From assembly GCA_016931775.1 (NCBI GenBank), contig JAFGEC010000157.1, positions 1 to 32,592 of the forward strand: DNA of 32,592 bases. The letters are read 5' to 3'. The notes under the pieces were generated by a model. That model saw nothing but the letters and a program-made list of their open reading frames with translations. It was not told the origin of the DNA and searched no databases. This DNA is from Candidatus Zhuqueibacterota bacterium (GTDB lineage: Bacteria > Zhuqueibacterota > Zhuqueibacteria > Residuimicrobiales > JAFGEC01). Positions 9,946-19,336 of this stretch are shown piece after piece. A program made the position numbers and the translations under genes. Numbering within the stretch: the stretch's first letter is position 1; every line of letters begins with the position of its first letter.

Positions 9946-11811
9946 TTACTCCTCGTCAATCAAAATCCCCAATGATTTTTTCGGATTGATTAAAAATATA
10001 CGGCCGTCCTCACTTTTTTCAACACCGTTTTCAATGAGCTCAATAACCTGTAAAGGAGTCAATTCCGGTTTGACGGCAAACAATTTACCCGCAAGATTCA
10101 CAACATTTGGTGACGCCATGGAGGTGCCTGATGCTTTCAAACGGCTGCCGCCGGGCAGAAAACTGTCTACTTCAAAACCGTTGGCGTGCAATGTAACTTG
10201 TTCGCCAAAACTGGTAAAGGATGTTTCCTCACCGGCCTGGTCTACTGCACCCACAACCAAAAGATTCGGTAAATCAAAGGATGACGGAATCACCTGGTCA
10301 AACTCGACATCATTGTCTGCGTTTCCGGCTGCGGTCACGAACAAAATATCTTGTGCGTTCTTGATCGCATTGAATAATCCATCCCTGTAAATTTTGAAAA
10401 TGGCGCGGGTTTTCTCTCGTCTTTCTTCAGCGTCCTTGCCGATGCCATTAACTTCGAGCATACCCTCGATCTCGGAGAATGTCCAGCCCCAGCTCATATT
10501 CACAACGCGCACACCCTGCGCTTGAAAATAACCGACGGTTTTTTGGTAATTTTCCGCTGCACGCAGCGCCTGTTCAACCGTTGGCGGTTCAGGCACCTGG
10601 CGATGATCAAAAGTGATCCGCGCGCCTAAAATTTCGGCATATGGATTTCCTTCGACAGCAATACCGGCCACATGGGTACCGTGCATATAAACCGCAAACA
10701 ACATCAATTCTTCAAGAAATGTCCGCATTTCCGTCGGGGGTAAAGAAGCCATATGCTGACGCAGCATTCTGGCTTCCTCACTGTCTATAGATGCCTGTAG
10801 ATCATCCAAACCCTTCATCTGATCTTTCATGCCGGGTAATTTGTCCGCCTGCTCTTTTGATAATGGGAATAACAGCTCTGACGTATAATTTTCTTTTAAA
10901 TCAAAGGCAATGCCATGCACATCATCAATAAAACCATTGCCGTCCGTATCCTTGCCATCGGTTTTTTCATTCTTGTTCGTCCACATCTGCTCGCCGTAAA
11001 CGCCGGCGTCAATGCCGGAATCCCAAATACCAATAAGCACGGGGTTGTATCCCTCATTTCCTTCAAAAAATACGGACCGGTCGGTCCAGATATCCGGTTT
11101 CTCAATCCGATTCGCCTGGATATATGCATCATAAACCTCCACGATATCCGAGCGGAAATCCAGGGTACGGGAGAGCGCGGCACGGACACGCAGCATAAAC
11201 TTGGCCGCATCTCCGCTGATATTACCGGATTTTTCAAAAGCCGGATCCAACTGGGATTGTAAAAGGCCGATAAAGACATTTTGACTCAAAATTTCGAGGC
11301 TGCCTTTCGTCTGTTCAATCTGATCCTGCACCACGTCCCATGGTAATCCGTTAACCGTTTCCGTTAATTTCGAGCGGAAGATATCGCGAACTTGCGCCGG
11401 ATCCAGACTGTCTTTTTCCTTCCATGACTCTGCCAAAATTCGGGTTGTCATTCCGCTCAACAGTTTATCGGCTGGTTTCTCTTCAAGCTCGCGGCGCGTG
11501 TTGATGAGTTTAACGATTTTATCCGCATCACCATCAATAAGGGCTTTGGAAAGCAACACACCGTAAATATCCTTAAGCGTCGTATTGTCCGATATATCGT
11601 AATTTTCAAGAACCTGCTGAAAATCGACCGCCACCTTGTCGGCAAAGGTTTTAAAATCTTTTTCCTGAAGCACAAACTCCGACGGTTTAACCGGAATTTC
11701 GTAAGTAAAAGTGGGTAACTCTTCAAGTTTTGTAATTTTTGGTTTTTGAGCCAGGAGGCCGGTAGAAAACAGAGTAGTTGTTAAAATGTAAATAAAAAAT
11801 CGTTTATTCAT
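9946..11811 (-). CDS. Secreted subtilisin-like serine peptidase (S8 family)
   Basis: Signal peptide MNKRFFIYILTTTLFSTGLLAQ. Catalytic triad motifs: IGIWDSGID (Asp), HGTHVAGIA (His), SGTSMASPNV (Ser). Confidence 0.85.
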   Translation of the reverse strand: MNKRFFIYILTTTLFSTGLLAQKPKITKLEELPTFTYEIPVKPSEFVLQEKDFKTFADKVAVDFQQVLENYDISDNTTLKDIYGVLLSKALIDGDADKIVKLINTRRELEEKPADKLLSGMTTRILAESWKEKDSLDPAQVRDIFRSKLTETVNGLPWDVVQDQIEQTKGSLEILSQNVFIGLLQSQLDPAFEKSGNISGDAAKFMLRVRAALSRTLDFRSDIVEVYDAYIQANRIEKPDIWTDRSVFFEGNEGYNPVLIGIWDSGIDAGVYGEQMWTNKNEKTDGKDTDGNGFIDDVHGIAFDLKENYTSELLFPLSKEQADKLPGMKDQMKGLDDLQASIDSEEARMLRQHMASLPPTEMRTFLEELMLFAVYMHGTHVAGIAVEGNPYAEILGARITFDHRQVPEPPTVEQALRAAENYQKTVGYFQAQGVRVVNMSWGWTFSEIEGMLEVNGIGKDAEERREKTRAIFKIYRDGLFNAIKNAQDILFVTAAGNADNDVEFDQVIPSSFDLPNLLVVGAVDQAGEETSFTSFGEQVTLHANGFEVDSFLPGGSRLKASGTSMASPNVVNLAGKLFAVKPELTPLQVIELIENGVEKSEDGRIFLINPKKSLGILIDEE

Positions 11812-11986
11812 AAATTTTCTCCTATTTTTGTTTCAGCACATGCAATTTTGAATCATTTAACGGCGCAGTCGTTGGTAACTGCACGAATTATTCATGCGGT
11901 TTTTTCATTTTTGTGACCTTTATGCAGAAGGCTCGATGAACGTTATACGCACACCTGTCGTTTCAGTTTCAACCATACTGTTGATT

Positions 11987-12346
11987 TTATCCCTCTAAAA
12001 GCCAGCCAAGAGCCTCCTCGGCATCCGAAAAAACTCCAAACACGGCGCCCCGGTTGACGGCAACGTTCTCGGCGAACTTGTTGATCATCTTTGGTTTTGC
12101 CAATGCCGCCACTCGTAAAGGCGGCCGCCAGATTTTTGCAATATATTCGCCGCTGTAAAACCGGGTCATTTCAGAATCTGGTTGCGTAATGGCCGTTATA
12201 TCCAACAACACTCTTGAAAATCCGCGAGCATCCGCCTCCGCCTTGACCTTGTCGATTAGATTCTTTGCAGAATTTGTCGTCCATTTACCGACGACCTTGA
12301 TGAAAAGATGGCCGCTCCTCTCTTCATATTCTGATTTTAATTTCAT
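11987..12346 (-). CDS. SpoIIAA-like / STAS_2 (DUF3478-like) small protein
   Basis: 119 aa. The pattern ...GHLFIKVVGKWT...RVLLDITAI...AVFGVFSDAEEALGWLLEG matches the SpoIIAA-like family, including the C-terminal F.D.EEA..WL motif. Lies immediately downstream of a PP2C phosphatase gene. Confidence 0.5.
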   Translation of the reverse strand: MKLKSEYEERSGHLFIKVVGKWTTNSAKNLIDKVKAEADARGFSRVLLDITAITQPDSEMTRFYSGEYIAKIWRPPLRVAALAKPKMINKFAENVAVNRGAVFGVFSDAEEALGWLLEG

Positions 12347-12405
12347 GATTACATCATCCTAATTTCTATAATTAAACGTAAATATCTAAATTTTTCAAAA
12401 CAACC

Positions 12406-13722
12406 TCAACAGCTTTTTATAACAACCAGTGTAATATCATCCGACTGGGGGTGGCCTTGAGTAAATGTCTTCACTGATTCAATGAGCTTATCCTGTATGT
12501 TCCGGGCCGGTTCATCATACACCGATTGTATCAATTGATACAGCCGTTCTTCTCCATACTCTTCCTCATCGGGATTCATGGCCTCGGTGACGCCATCGGA
12601 ATAAATAACCAAACTATCTCCTTTATCCAAGCGGGCAAGATCTGTGGAATAAGGGGTGTTTTCCAGAAATCCCAGGGCCAATCCCGCAGACTGCAATTCC
12701 GTAATGTGTCCGCTGCTGGAAACCAGAATCGGCCGGTTATGACCGGCATTGCTGTATAAAATTTGATTCGTTTTTAAATTCAGCACGCCGTAAAACATAG
12801 TGGCAAACCGATTTGGAGACGTGTTGCGGAACAGGATTGTATTGGCACGGGCCAGGCACCGGTCCGGTTGAGGATCAGACATGACCAATCCTTTTATGGT
12901 CGCCTGCAGGTTGGCCATTAAAACAGCGGCCGGAAGGCCCTTTCCGGATATATCCCCGAGACAAAAGGCATAATGAAACTCATCAATTAGAATATAATCA
13001 AAATAATCCCCACCGACGATTCGTGCCGGCAGGCTGATACCCGTCACATCGTATCCTTTAAGTTCGGGCGTACTTTTCGGCAAAAGACCGGTTTGAATTT
13101 CACAGGCGAGCCGAAGTTCTTCTTCCACGCGGATCAAATCTTCTTCTTTTTGCCGCAATCGGGCGTTTTCAATGATCTGTGCGGACTGGGTGGCGATAAT
13201 GCACAGCAGCCGCTGGTCCTGTCCGTCAAAACCCTCTGGAGATTTTTTATTAAAACAGGAAACAAGTCCCATTAACCGTCCGTTGAGGGTCATAGGCACG
13301 CACAGAACGGAGTGAAGAGATAGATTTTCATGTTTTGAATAATGAAACCGGGAATCATTTGCCAGATCGTTACTCAGCAACGGCTTCTGATTTGTAATCA
13401 TCCAGCCCGTAAGCTCCGTATCCAGCCGAAACGGAATGACTGCACTGGAATCTGCTCCGCGCACCATCGTATTCAGTTGCTGTATTTTGGACTTTTCGCC
13501 CAATAGATTGACCACCGCCTGTTGCACGTGCAGATGCTGTATACATTTCTGCACGATTTTATCGATGATCGCCTCCAGGCTCTGCGTTGAACTGATGGCC
13601 GTGGCGATCTCGTTGAGAATAGCCAATTCTTCAACAGCGCGGTGAAGGCGGCGGTTTTCTTTTTCCAGTTGTTCAAGAGATGGTTTATCTGTCATTTTTA
13701 TACTTCTTTTAAGACCATGCAT
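12406..13722 (-). CDS. GAF-domain PP2C-type serine phosphatase (RsbU/SpoIIE family)
   Basis: N-terminal coiled coil, a GAF-like sensor region, then the PP2C hallmarks RIVGGDYFDYI, LGDISGKGLPAAVLMA and VIYSDGVTEA. Ends with a TGA stop. Confidence 0.8.
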   Translation of the reverse strand: MHGLKRSIKMTDKPSLEQLEKENRRLHRAVEELAILNEIATAISSTQSLEAIIDKIVQKCIQHLHVQQAVVNLLGEKSKIQQLNTMVRGADSSAVIPFRLDTELTGWMITNQKPLLSNDLANDSRFHYSKHENLSLHSVLCVPMTLNGRLMGLVSCFNKKSPEGFDGQDQRLLCIIATQSAQIIENARLRQKEEDLIRVEEELRLACEIQTGLLPKSTPELKGYDVTGISLPARIVGGDYFDYILIDEFHYAFCLGDISGKGLPAAVLMANLQATIKGLVMSDPQPDRCLARANTILFRNTSPNRFATMFYGVLNLKTNQILYSNAGHNRPILVSSSGHITELQSAGLALGFLENTPYSTDLARLDKGDSLVIYSDGVTEAMNPDEEEYGEERLYQLIQSVYDEPARNIQDKLIESVKTFTQGHPQSDDITLVVIKSC

Positions 13723-13986
13723 TTACTATGATGTTTATTGATGTTCAAAAATTTATAGATAATCCCTATTCCGCCCTGACGAATTTTTTCGTAGCTGTGA
13801 AAATGTATTTCCGATTATGATAAAATACCGGAACAGTTGATATTATATACAAGATCTGTTTACGGAACAGGAAAACTTATCATTAACACCGATTTCTCTC
13901 TACCCTTATCAGGTTTTTCGAGAATGCTATACTACAAATTCCGGTAGAATACTGCTTTTATTTGTGACAAAATCAACTTTTTCTCA

Positions 13987-14253
13987 CTATTTCTCAAAAA
14001 GTTCGCCTTCAATATACCGATGAATCATGCCGGATATCAAAGTTTGATAGGGTATTCCCATTTCCATGGCTTTTTTCTGAATACCTTTATAATCATGATC
14101 ATATAATCTGATCGTTATCCTTTTATCTTTTTTGAACGTGCTTTTTGCAATTCGTTTGATCTTTGCAATTTCACTTTTTAAAGGTGTTCTTGTTTTTATA
14201 TGACCTTTTTCATATTCATTCAAAATAAATTGTTCTTCTTCATTTAATTTCAT
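13987..14253 (-). CDS. brnA: BrnA-like antitoxin (ribbon-helix-helix type)
   Basis: 88 aa. The motif KRITIRLYDHDYKGIQKKAMEMGIPYQTLISGMIHRYIEG matches the BrnA family pattern (K..VT.RLD.DV...K..A...G.GYQT.IN..LR.Y). Overlaps the toxin gene by 14 nt. Confidence 0.65.
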   Translation of the reverse strand: MKLNEEEQFILNEYEKGHIKTRTPLKSEIAKIKRIAKSTFKKDKRITIRLYDHDYKGIQKKAMEMGIPYQTLISGMIHRYIEGELFEK

Positions 14254-14542
14254 TTTTCTCCTCGATTTCTTTTCGGTATTCTTTTATTGCTTTTCTGCTT
14301 GGTATAATCGTTTTTAGAATTATTACAACTCCCTGTTCAATAAAAGGGACGATATAAATATAATCATTAACGATAACAAAATACAATCTCTGCCCCGGAT
14401 ATTTTTTTTGGTCGGGGTGGTCACCGATTTTCCATATTTCCCCCTGCAATAAATGAAAAATTATTTGTTCAAAAGAGATTTTTCTCTCTTTTTTTAACAA
14501 TTCATTCTTATCAGGGTTCCATTCATATTTTGTATCTTTCAT
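14240..14542 (-). CDS. brnT: BrnT-like toxin (DUF497 ribonuclease family)
   Basis: 100 aa. The N-terminus YEWNPDKNELLKKERKISFEQI matches the BrnT/DUF497 signature (FEWD..KN..N..KHGVSFEEA). Toxin-first gene order, as in described brnTA operons. Confidence 0.7.
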   Translation of the reverse strand: MKDTKYEWNPDKNELLKKERKISFEQIIFHLLQGEIWKIGDHPDQKKYPGQRLYFVIVNDYIYIVPFIEQGVVIILKTIIPSRKAIKEYRKEIEEKNEIK

Positions 14543-14664
14543 ACTATTATAATGTACATTGAATCAATGTACAAAATCAAGTCCTTTTTGATAGTTATAT
14601 AATGTATTTTATAAGCTATTATAAAACGAATTGTTTACAATTACATTATACCTGGTTCCCTACA

Positions 14665-15929
14665 TCAATTATCATTTTTTGAATAGTTGTTCAACCATTT
14701 TTCAAATTGTTGTGCACTATTGTCACCGCAAATAAAATTCCCATTCTTTAAAATGTCCAATCCGCATTTTCGAACGAGAAATTTAAAATTACCATCATGT
14801 ATTGTTACGAGACCGGTTTTTTGTATTTTACGAATAAATTCGCCCAGAGCCACTTGTTTCGAATCTAAAAAGTCAATTAAACTAGGATCATTCACATTAA
14901 TACTTTTTTCTTTACATAATCGCAAAAGAAAAAAGTATAGAATTTTATCAATAATGATAGGTTTCCAATTTTGGGACACTCTTGATGCTTCTAACTGCTT
15001 TTTTGATAAAATTCTATATCCATTTACCCATCCTATTTTACCTTTCTGCTTGATACATTTTGTTGCAAGAAGGGGAGCCAGTGATTCCAGTGCAAATTCT
15101 TCCTCCAAACTGGAGAGGGGAATATTATAAACATATTCGAGTCGAGTCCATATGAGTTCAAGCATAATTAAAAGTGGATTATATGTATATGATGCAATAA
15201 ATTCCCAATAATCATCTGTCATTCTAATGGCATATGGCATACCATTAAGTTTGACAAGACAACTGTTATTTGAAATAATCAGGTTAGGGTAATTCCCTGC
15301 ACCAAATCCTGGTGTTGTATTTTTAATTTCACTTTAAAATTTGATAAAATTATTTCGAAGAGAAAACTCTGATTTATAACCACCATATCCAAATAAAATT
15401 CTAATCGGCTTCAAACATTCCATAACCAAAATATGGTAAATCATTTGTATATAAAATGGCAATTTGGATAAGCTTTGGTTATCTGTTGGAAGCAAGTGAC
15501 CTGTGATACTCTGAAAAGAGTCCTGAATTAAATTTAGACTGATTTCGGAAGGTGATGTAAATGATCCGACATTAAACAGTAAATCGTAGCCATCTTTTAA
15601 TTCATTTTTAACAAATTCTTTTTCACTTCTATTACTGCGACAACGTTTTTGAAATGGTATTTATAATCGTCTGTATAAGGAATTTTTTTACCCCTACCGA
15701 TTACAATCATGCAATCAATTTGGCGGCTCAAAATATTATCGTCATTATATATAAAACCAGATCTGACATTTAATTTTAAACATTCAGGTATAGCTCTTGC
15801 AGTGATTCTCTGAGTAAGTCCTTCATACATTAATCCAATTGCAGGTGGATGACGAATATTTTGATCTTCAAGCAATTTTACTTCATGCTCAAGGAGTTTT
15901 TTTAATAATTCACCAATTGATCTGATCAT
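14665..15929 (-). pseudogene. Disrupted gene for a roughly 420-aa protein with an N-terminal PD-(D/E)xK (NERD/restriction-endonuclease-like) nuclease domain
   Basis: Manual translation gives three collinear minus-strand pieces. Piece 1 is 15929-15600 in frame A: ...QIDCMIVIG...TDDYKYHFKNVVAVIEVKKN (D...D-x13-ExK). Piece 2 is 15660-15337 in frame B with no start codon. Piece 3 is 15333-14668 in frame B. They are separated by a frameshift in the homopolymer gtgaaaaagaattt region near 15600-15660 and by an in-frame TAA at 15334-15336. Confidence 0.45.
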
Positions 15930-15987
15930 ATCAAACTAATTATTTAAAAAATATAAAACAATTTAACTTTACACATACATCAACATC

Positions 15988-17386
15988 CTACTCCCCAAAA
16001 TATTCATCCGGAATATCCTCCGCACAATTCATCAGTACACATGCCGATGCCCACGGTAAGTGCCCCTTCCACACGCCGCCGTCCCAGGGCGTATTGTCGT
16101 CCTGCAGACCGTCGGAGTGAAAAAACTGTTCCGTGGCCCAGCCTTCACCGCCAAATCCAAAATCGCCGGGAAAACGGTTAAATGTACCCAGTCCCCAGAT
16201 GCATGTATCGGTCAGCCGGTCGGCGATGTAAGGATCCTTAATCTGAGTAAAGAGATAATAAATATCACCCGCCACCAGGTTTCCCATCTGGTGAATATGC
16301 ACATTGTGCGTACTGGTCACCGACCCGCCGCAGCTTGACCATTTGAGCCGCCGTAAAGGATCGTTGCTGTGCACGGTATTATAGGCAAACTTCCAGGTAA
16401 ATTCCCAATTCAAACCGTCCATGGCCATATCCAGGATATTTTCACGGCCGGTTATTTTATGCAATTCGGCACAGGCAGCGATAAAGGCCAAATTCCCCTC
16501 CTCATCCACGGCTTTTTTGGTATCCATAGGCGTACCGTATAATTCACCCCGTTTATGCCAGGTATTGTAATGGGCCAATGCCTTGAGCGCGCTGTCGATA
16601 TAGCGGGATTCACCGGTGATATAACCCAATCGTGCCGCACCGGCGGCAAACCAGCACCCCTGGAATCCGTCGTAATCCACACCCCGGCCGCTGGCGGGAT
16701 CAAATTGTGCAGCGTATGCTCCCTGTTCATTCTGACTGTTCACTGCCGTATCGATGACCTGCCGAGCGGCATCCAGCCAATCCGAATTTCGGCGGCCATA
16801 CGTTTTCCGGCTCATTCCGTCCGCCCTGCATCACCTCATGTATACCCACCATAAAAACATCGGATGAATCCACCACCAGAACACCCGGATGGCTGCTCCG
16901 GTCCGCACGGCTGTAAAACACGGAGCCGTTGGGATAATCCACGACGCCGCCGTAGTTCAGCTTTGGCTGACGCCCCAAGGAGGATTTCAGGTTGTTGGTT
17001 CCATATAAAAAACAGGGAATCATAAAATACGGCGGTTGCGAGGGTTTACGGGCTTCAAACGGACAAATCAATATAAAGGAATCGTTCGTAGTCACACTGA
17101 GCTTTATTTCACCGTGAATTTCAGCACCGCTGAAGGTAAGATTTTCCCGATAATTGCCGAAAGGCTCCAAATCAGCAGTAAAAGTGTTTTGATACAACAT
17201 TAACGGATAACTTTTTTCCTGCCCGTCGGGTGTTATAACACGAATTTCTTTGCGCGACAGCAAAATACGGTTCTGATGAACAAATATATTGGCTTTATCA
17301 CGGGAACTGACAAAACGGACCGTTGACGAATCGCCGCAAAAAATAAAAAGCATCACAGTCGGTAGTAAAAGTTGAAAAAAACGCAT
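15988..17386 (-). pseudogene. Frameshifted gene for a secreted glycoside-hydrolase-like protein (N-terminal beta-rich domain plus C-terminal six-hairpin-like domain)
   Basis: ORF 16727-17443 carries the signal peptide MRFFQLLLPTVMLFIFCG. ORF 15988-16815 continues in another frame (..NSDWLDAARQVIDTAVNSQNEQGAYAAQFDP.. with alpha-helical-repeat character). The two overlap by 89 nt around 16727-16815, consistent with a single 1-nt indel near ggcggacggaatgagccggaaaacg. Confidence 0.5.
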
Positions 17387-17408
17387 ATAATTGCCTTGAA
17401 TTAGATTT

Positions 17409-18512
17409 TTACACAATACGCAGGTCCGGATTTCGCTTGACAATCAACAGTGACAAATCATCGGTTCGGCGGGCGCTTCCGACGTGGTATTGCAGTGTTT
17501 TTACAATCTTTTCACCGGCTTTTTCCGCAGAGAGGTTGCGCAGTTCCGGCATCAGCTTGTACAACCGATTTTCTCCGAAAAACTCACCGTCTTCATTTAC
17601 CGCTTCGGTGAGACCATCGGAATAAACCACAAGCATTTCATCGGGCTGCAGAACCAATTTCTCTTCATGGTATTCGGCATCCCGGCTCAATCCTAAAGCC
17701 GGTCCGCCTTTGTCCATTTCGGTTATTTCCAAAGAAACCAGCACAGGGGGCATGTGCCCGGCGTTGAGGATCCTGAGTCGGCCGGTCAATGGTTCCAGTT
17801 CCAGGTACACCAGTGTAACAAAACGGTTGGGTAAACCGTCACGGTAAAAGATTTCGTTCATGCGCCGGCCAAGGGTTTTCAAAGACGAGTGATAGAGTGC
17901 CAGAGCGCGTAAGGTGGCCTGCAGTTTGGCGGCAACCAGCGCCGCACCCAGGCCTTTACCGGCGACATCACCCAGCGCAAGCCCCAGCCTGTTTTCCGCC
18001 GGCTCAAGGTAGTCAACCAAATCACCGCCTACTTCGTTGGCAGAATTTGTATAAAGCCACAGATCCCATCCTTCCAAATACGGTTGTTTCTGCGGCATTA
18101 ACGCCGATTGTACCACACGTCCGGCTTCCAATTCGTCACGAAATAGTAATTTGTCCTTAAGTTCGAGACTGAGAATAATGAACAACAACGCCGCAGCAGC
18201 GAGGGCATAATTGAGACTACTTTGTGACTTGTAAAGACAGAAAAGTGCAATGAAAACGAGTATTCTTCTTATCCAATGTAATTTGGAGAACAAACTTTTT
18301 ACATACCAGCACACAATATAAATCGAACGTCGAACGACGTTCATCTTGGCCAGCCGCCGGCGTGATTCATAATCCAGGTAAAACTCATAGATATCCTGTA
18401 AATCCTGTTTCAGCGAGAAAATCAAACCGCCGGAGATCACATCATTATAAATCATTTTAAATACCGAGATCAGTTCCTGATCCCAAGATTTTTTTTCTTT
18501 CATAATTATCAC
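17409..18512 (-). CDS. Membrane-anchored PP2C-type serine phosphatase (RsbU/SpoIIE family)
   Basis: N-terminal TM segments (ILVFIALFCLY..., LAAAALLFIILSL). PP2C motifs GGDLVDY, LGDVAGKGLGAALVAAKLQA and VVYSDGLTEA. The listed start is GTG; the probable true start is ATG at 18503 (MKEKKSWDQ). Confidence 0.8.
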   Translation of the reverse strand: MIIMKEKKSWDQELISVFKMIYNDVISGGLIFSLKQDLQDIYEFYLDYESRRRLAKMNVVRRSIYIVCWYVKSLFSKLHWIRRILVFIALFCLYKSQSSLNYALAAAALLFIILSLELKDKLLFRDELEAGRVVQSALMPQKQPYLEGWDLWLYTNSANEVGGDLVDYLEPAENRLGLALGDVAGKGLGAALVAAKLQATLRALALYHSSLKTLGRRMNEIFYRDGLPNRFVTLVYLELEPLTGRLRILNAGHMPPVLVSLEITEMDKGGPALGLSRDAEYHEEKLVLQPDEMLVVYSDGLTEAVNEDGEFFGENRLYKLMPELRNLSAEKAGEKIVKTLQYHVGSARRTDDLSLLIVKRNPDLRIV

Positions 18513-18541
18513 AGTTTTGGGTTATTTGGATTCGTTGATAT

Positions 18542-18569
18542 AATTTAAACCATAACACGACGATGTCAA
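18542..18569 (-). promoter_or_regulatory. Sigma70-like promoter candidate for the membrane PP2C gene
   Basis: On the minus strand: TTGACA, a 16-nt spacer, then TAAATT, about 35 nt upstream of the ATG at 18503. Confidence 0.25.
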
Positions 18570-18654
18570 GGATAAAATGCAATGAAATCAGTCCGAGATT
18601 TATAGTTACTTTCAATAACAGGCACAAAATATGGGGATAATTACATTTTACGCA

Positions 18655-18800
18655 CGTTTTTTAAGGGCCACTCCGGCTCCCACGGCAGCGGTTTTTCGTT
18701 TTTGCGCCGTTCGCAGGACCGCGCTCGGCCGTTGTTGCGGGATGATCCTGTCATCTCAGAGCGGTGTCCGCACGCTACCCGGCCGGCGTAACTTTAAAAC
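18655..18800. ncRNA. GC-rich element, about 65% GC, with multiple nested hairpins; candidate structured RNA or repeat of unknown class
   Basis: Sits inside a 500-nt gene-free gap in an otherwise AT-rich region. A self-complementary CGGCCG motif occurs at both ends of a roughly 50-nt segment that contains the hairpins GGATGAtcctgTCATC and GCGGtgtCCGC. The only ORF is a 58-codon Arg-rich frame that is not protein-like. Confidence 0.2.
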
Positions 18801-19013
18801 CTGAAAAAATACATATTATTGATACGGTTAAAAAGATCGGTTTGTTACATGCAGGGCCAGGTGGTCGTGCTCCGCAGCAGTTTATGAAATAAAAATCAGG
18901 GAATGCGGACGGGTTGGGTGATAGATTTGGCCATTTTTCAACCAAAGACATTTGTACTCCAAATCAACACGATGGCAGACCGGAGCGATGAGTAAAATTC
19001 TATCATCATCCTG

Positions 19014-19307
19014 TTAGAAACCGTGAAATAAAAATACCACACCGTTCATCAGCATATAAATCAAAGCCACCAAACACCACAGTCCCAGCAATACCATCAC
19101 AATACCGACCACAATTGCCGGTTTGCCTTCGACCTGCCGTCGGCGGGTAAAAGGTACATTAAAAGTTTTGGTGCTCAGGGTCAACAGGCCGTTAAAACCT
19201 AAATATATGACGCCCAGCAGCAAAATAAAATGCGGCCAGAATCTTGCGTCGTATCCCATTTTTTTCCCTTTCTTAAATGGAGACAAATCCGTTTGTATAT
19301 ATACCAT
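19014..19307 (-). CDS. Small membrane protein with two predicted TM helices
   Basis: 97 aa with hydrophobic segments HFILLLGVIYLGFNGLL and IVVGIVMVLLGLWCLVALIYML. Last gene of the GntR-SPFH-S41 co-directional cluster. Confidence 0.45.
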   Translation of the reverse strand: MVYIQTDLSPFKKGKKMGYDARFWPHFILLLGVIYLGFNGLLTLSTKTFNVPFTRRRQVEGKPAIVVGIVMVLLGLWCLVALIYMLMNGVVFLFHGF

Positions 19308-19336
19308 TCCATACGGCCTCCTGTTTTCTACGCGGA

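Noticed and set aside
9700-10390. ORFs 9700-9927(+) and 9935-10390(+), in the LOG/S8 intergenic region and antisense to the S8 peptidase gene
   Set aside because: Low-complexity translations. The 9935-10390 frame is simply the reverse strand of a strongly supported S8 CDS.
18655-18800. The GC-rich island as RNase P RNA (CUCCGGCUCCCACGGCAG resembles the P4-region GUCCGGGCUCCAUAGGGCAG) or as SRP/4.5S RNA (CAGGGCCAGGUGGUCG near 18851)
   Set aside because: The element is only about 150 nt, against about 350-400 nt for RNase P RNA. It lacks the other universal RNase P motifs (GGUAACGCC, ACAGAAUCCGGCUUA). The SRP domain-IV GNRA-loop motif does not fit.
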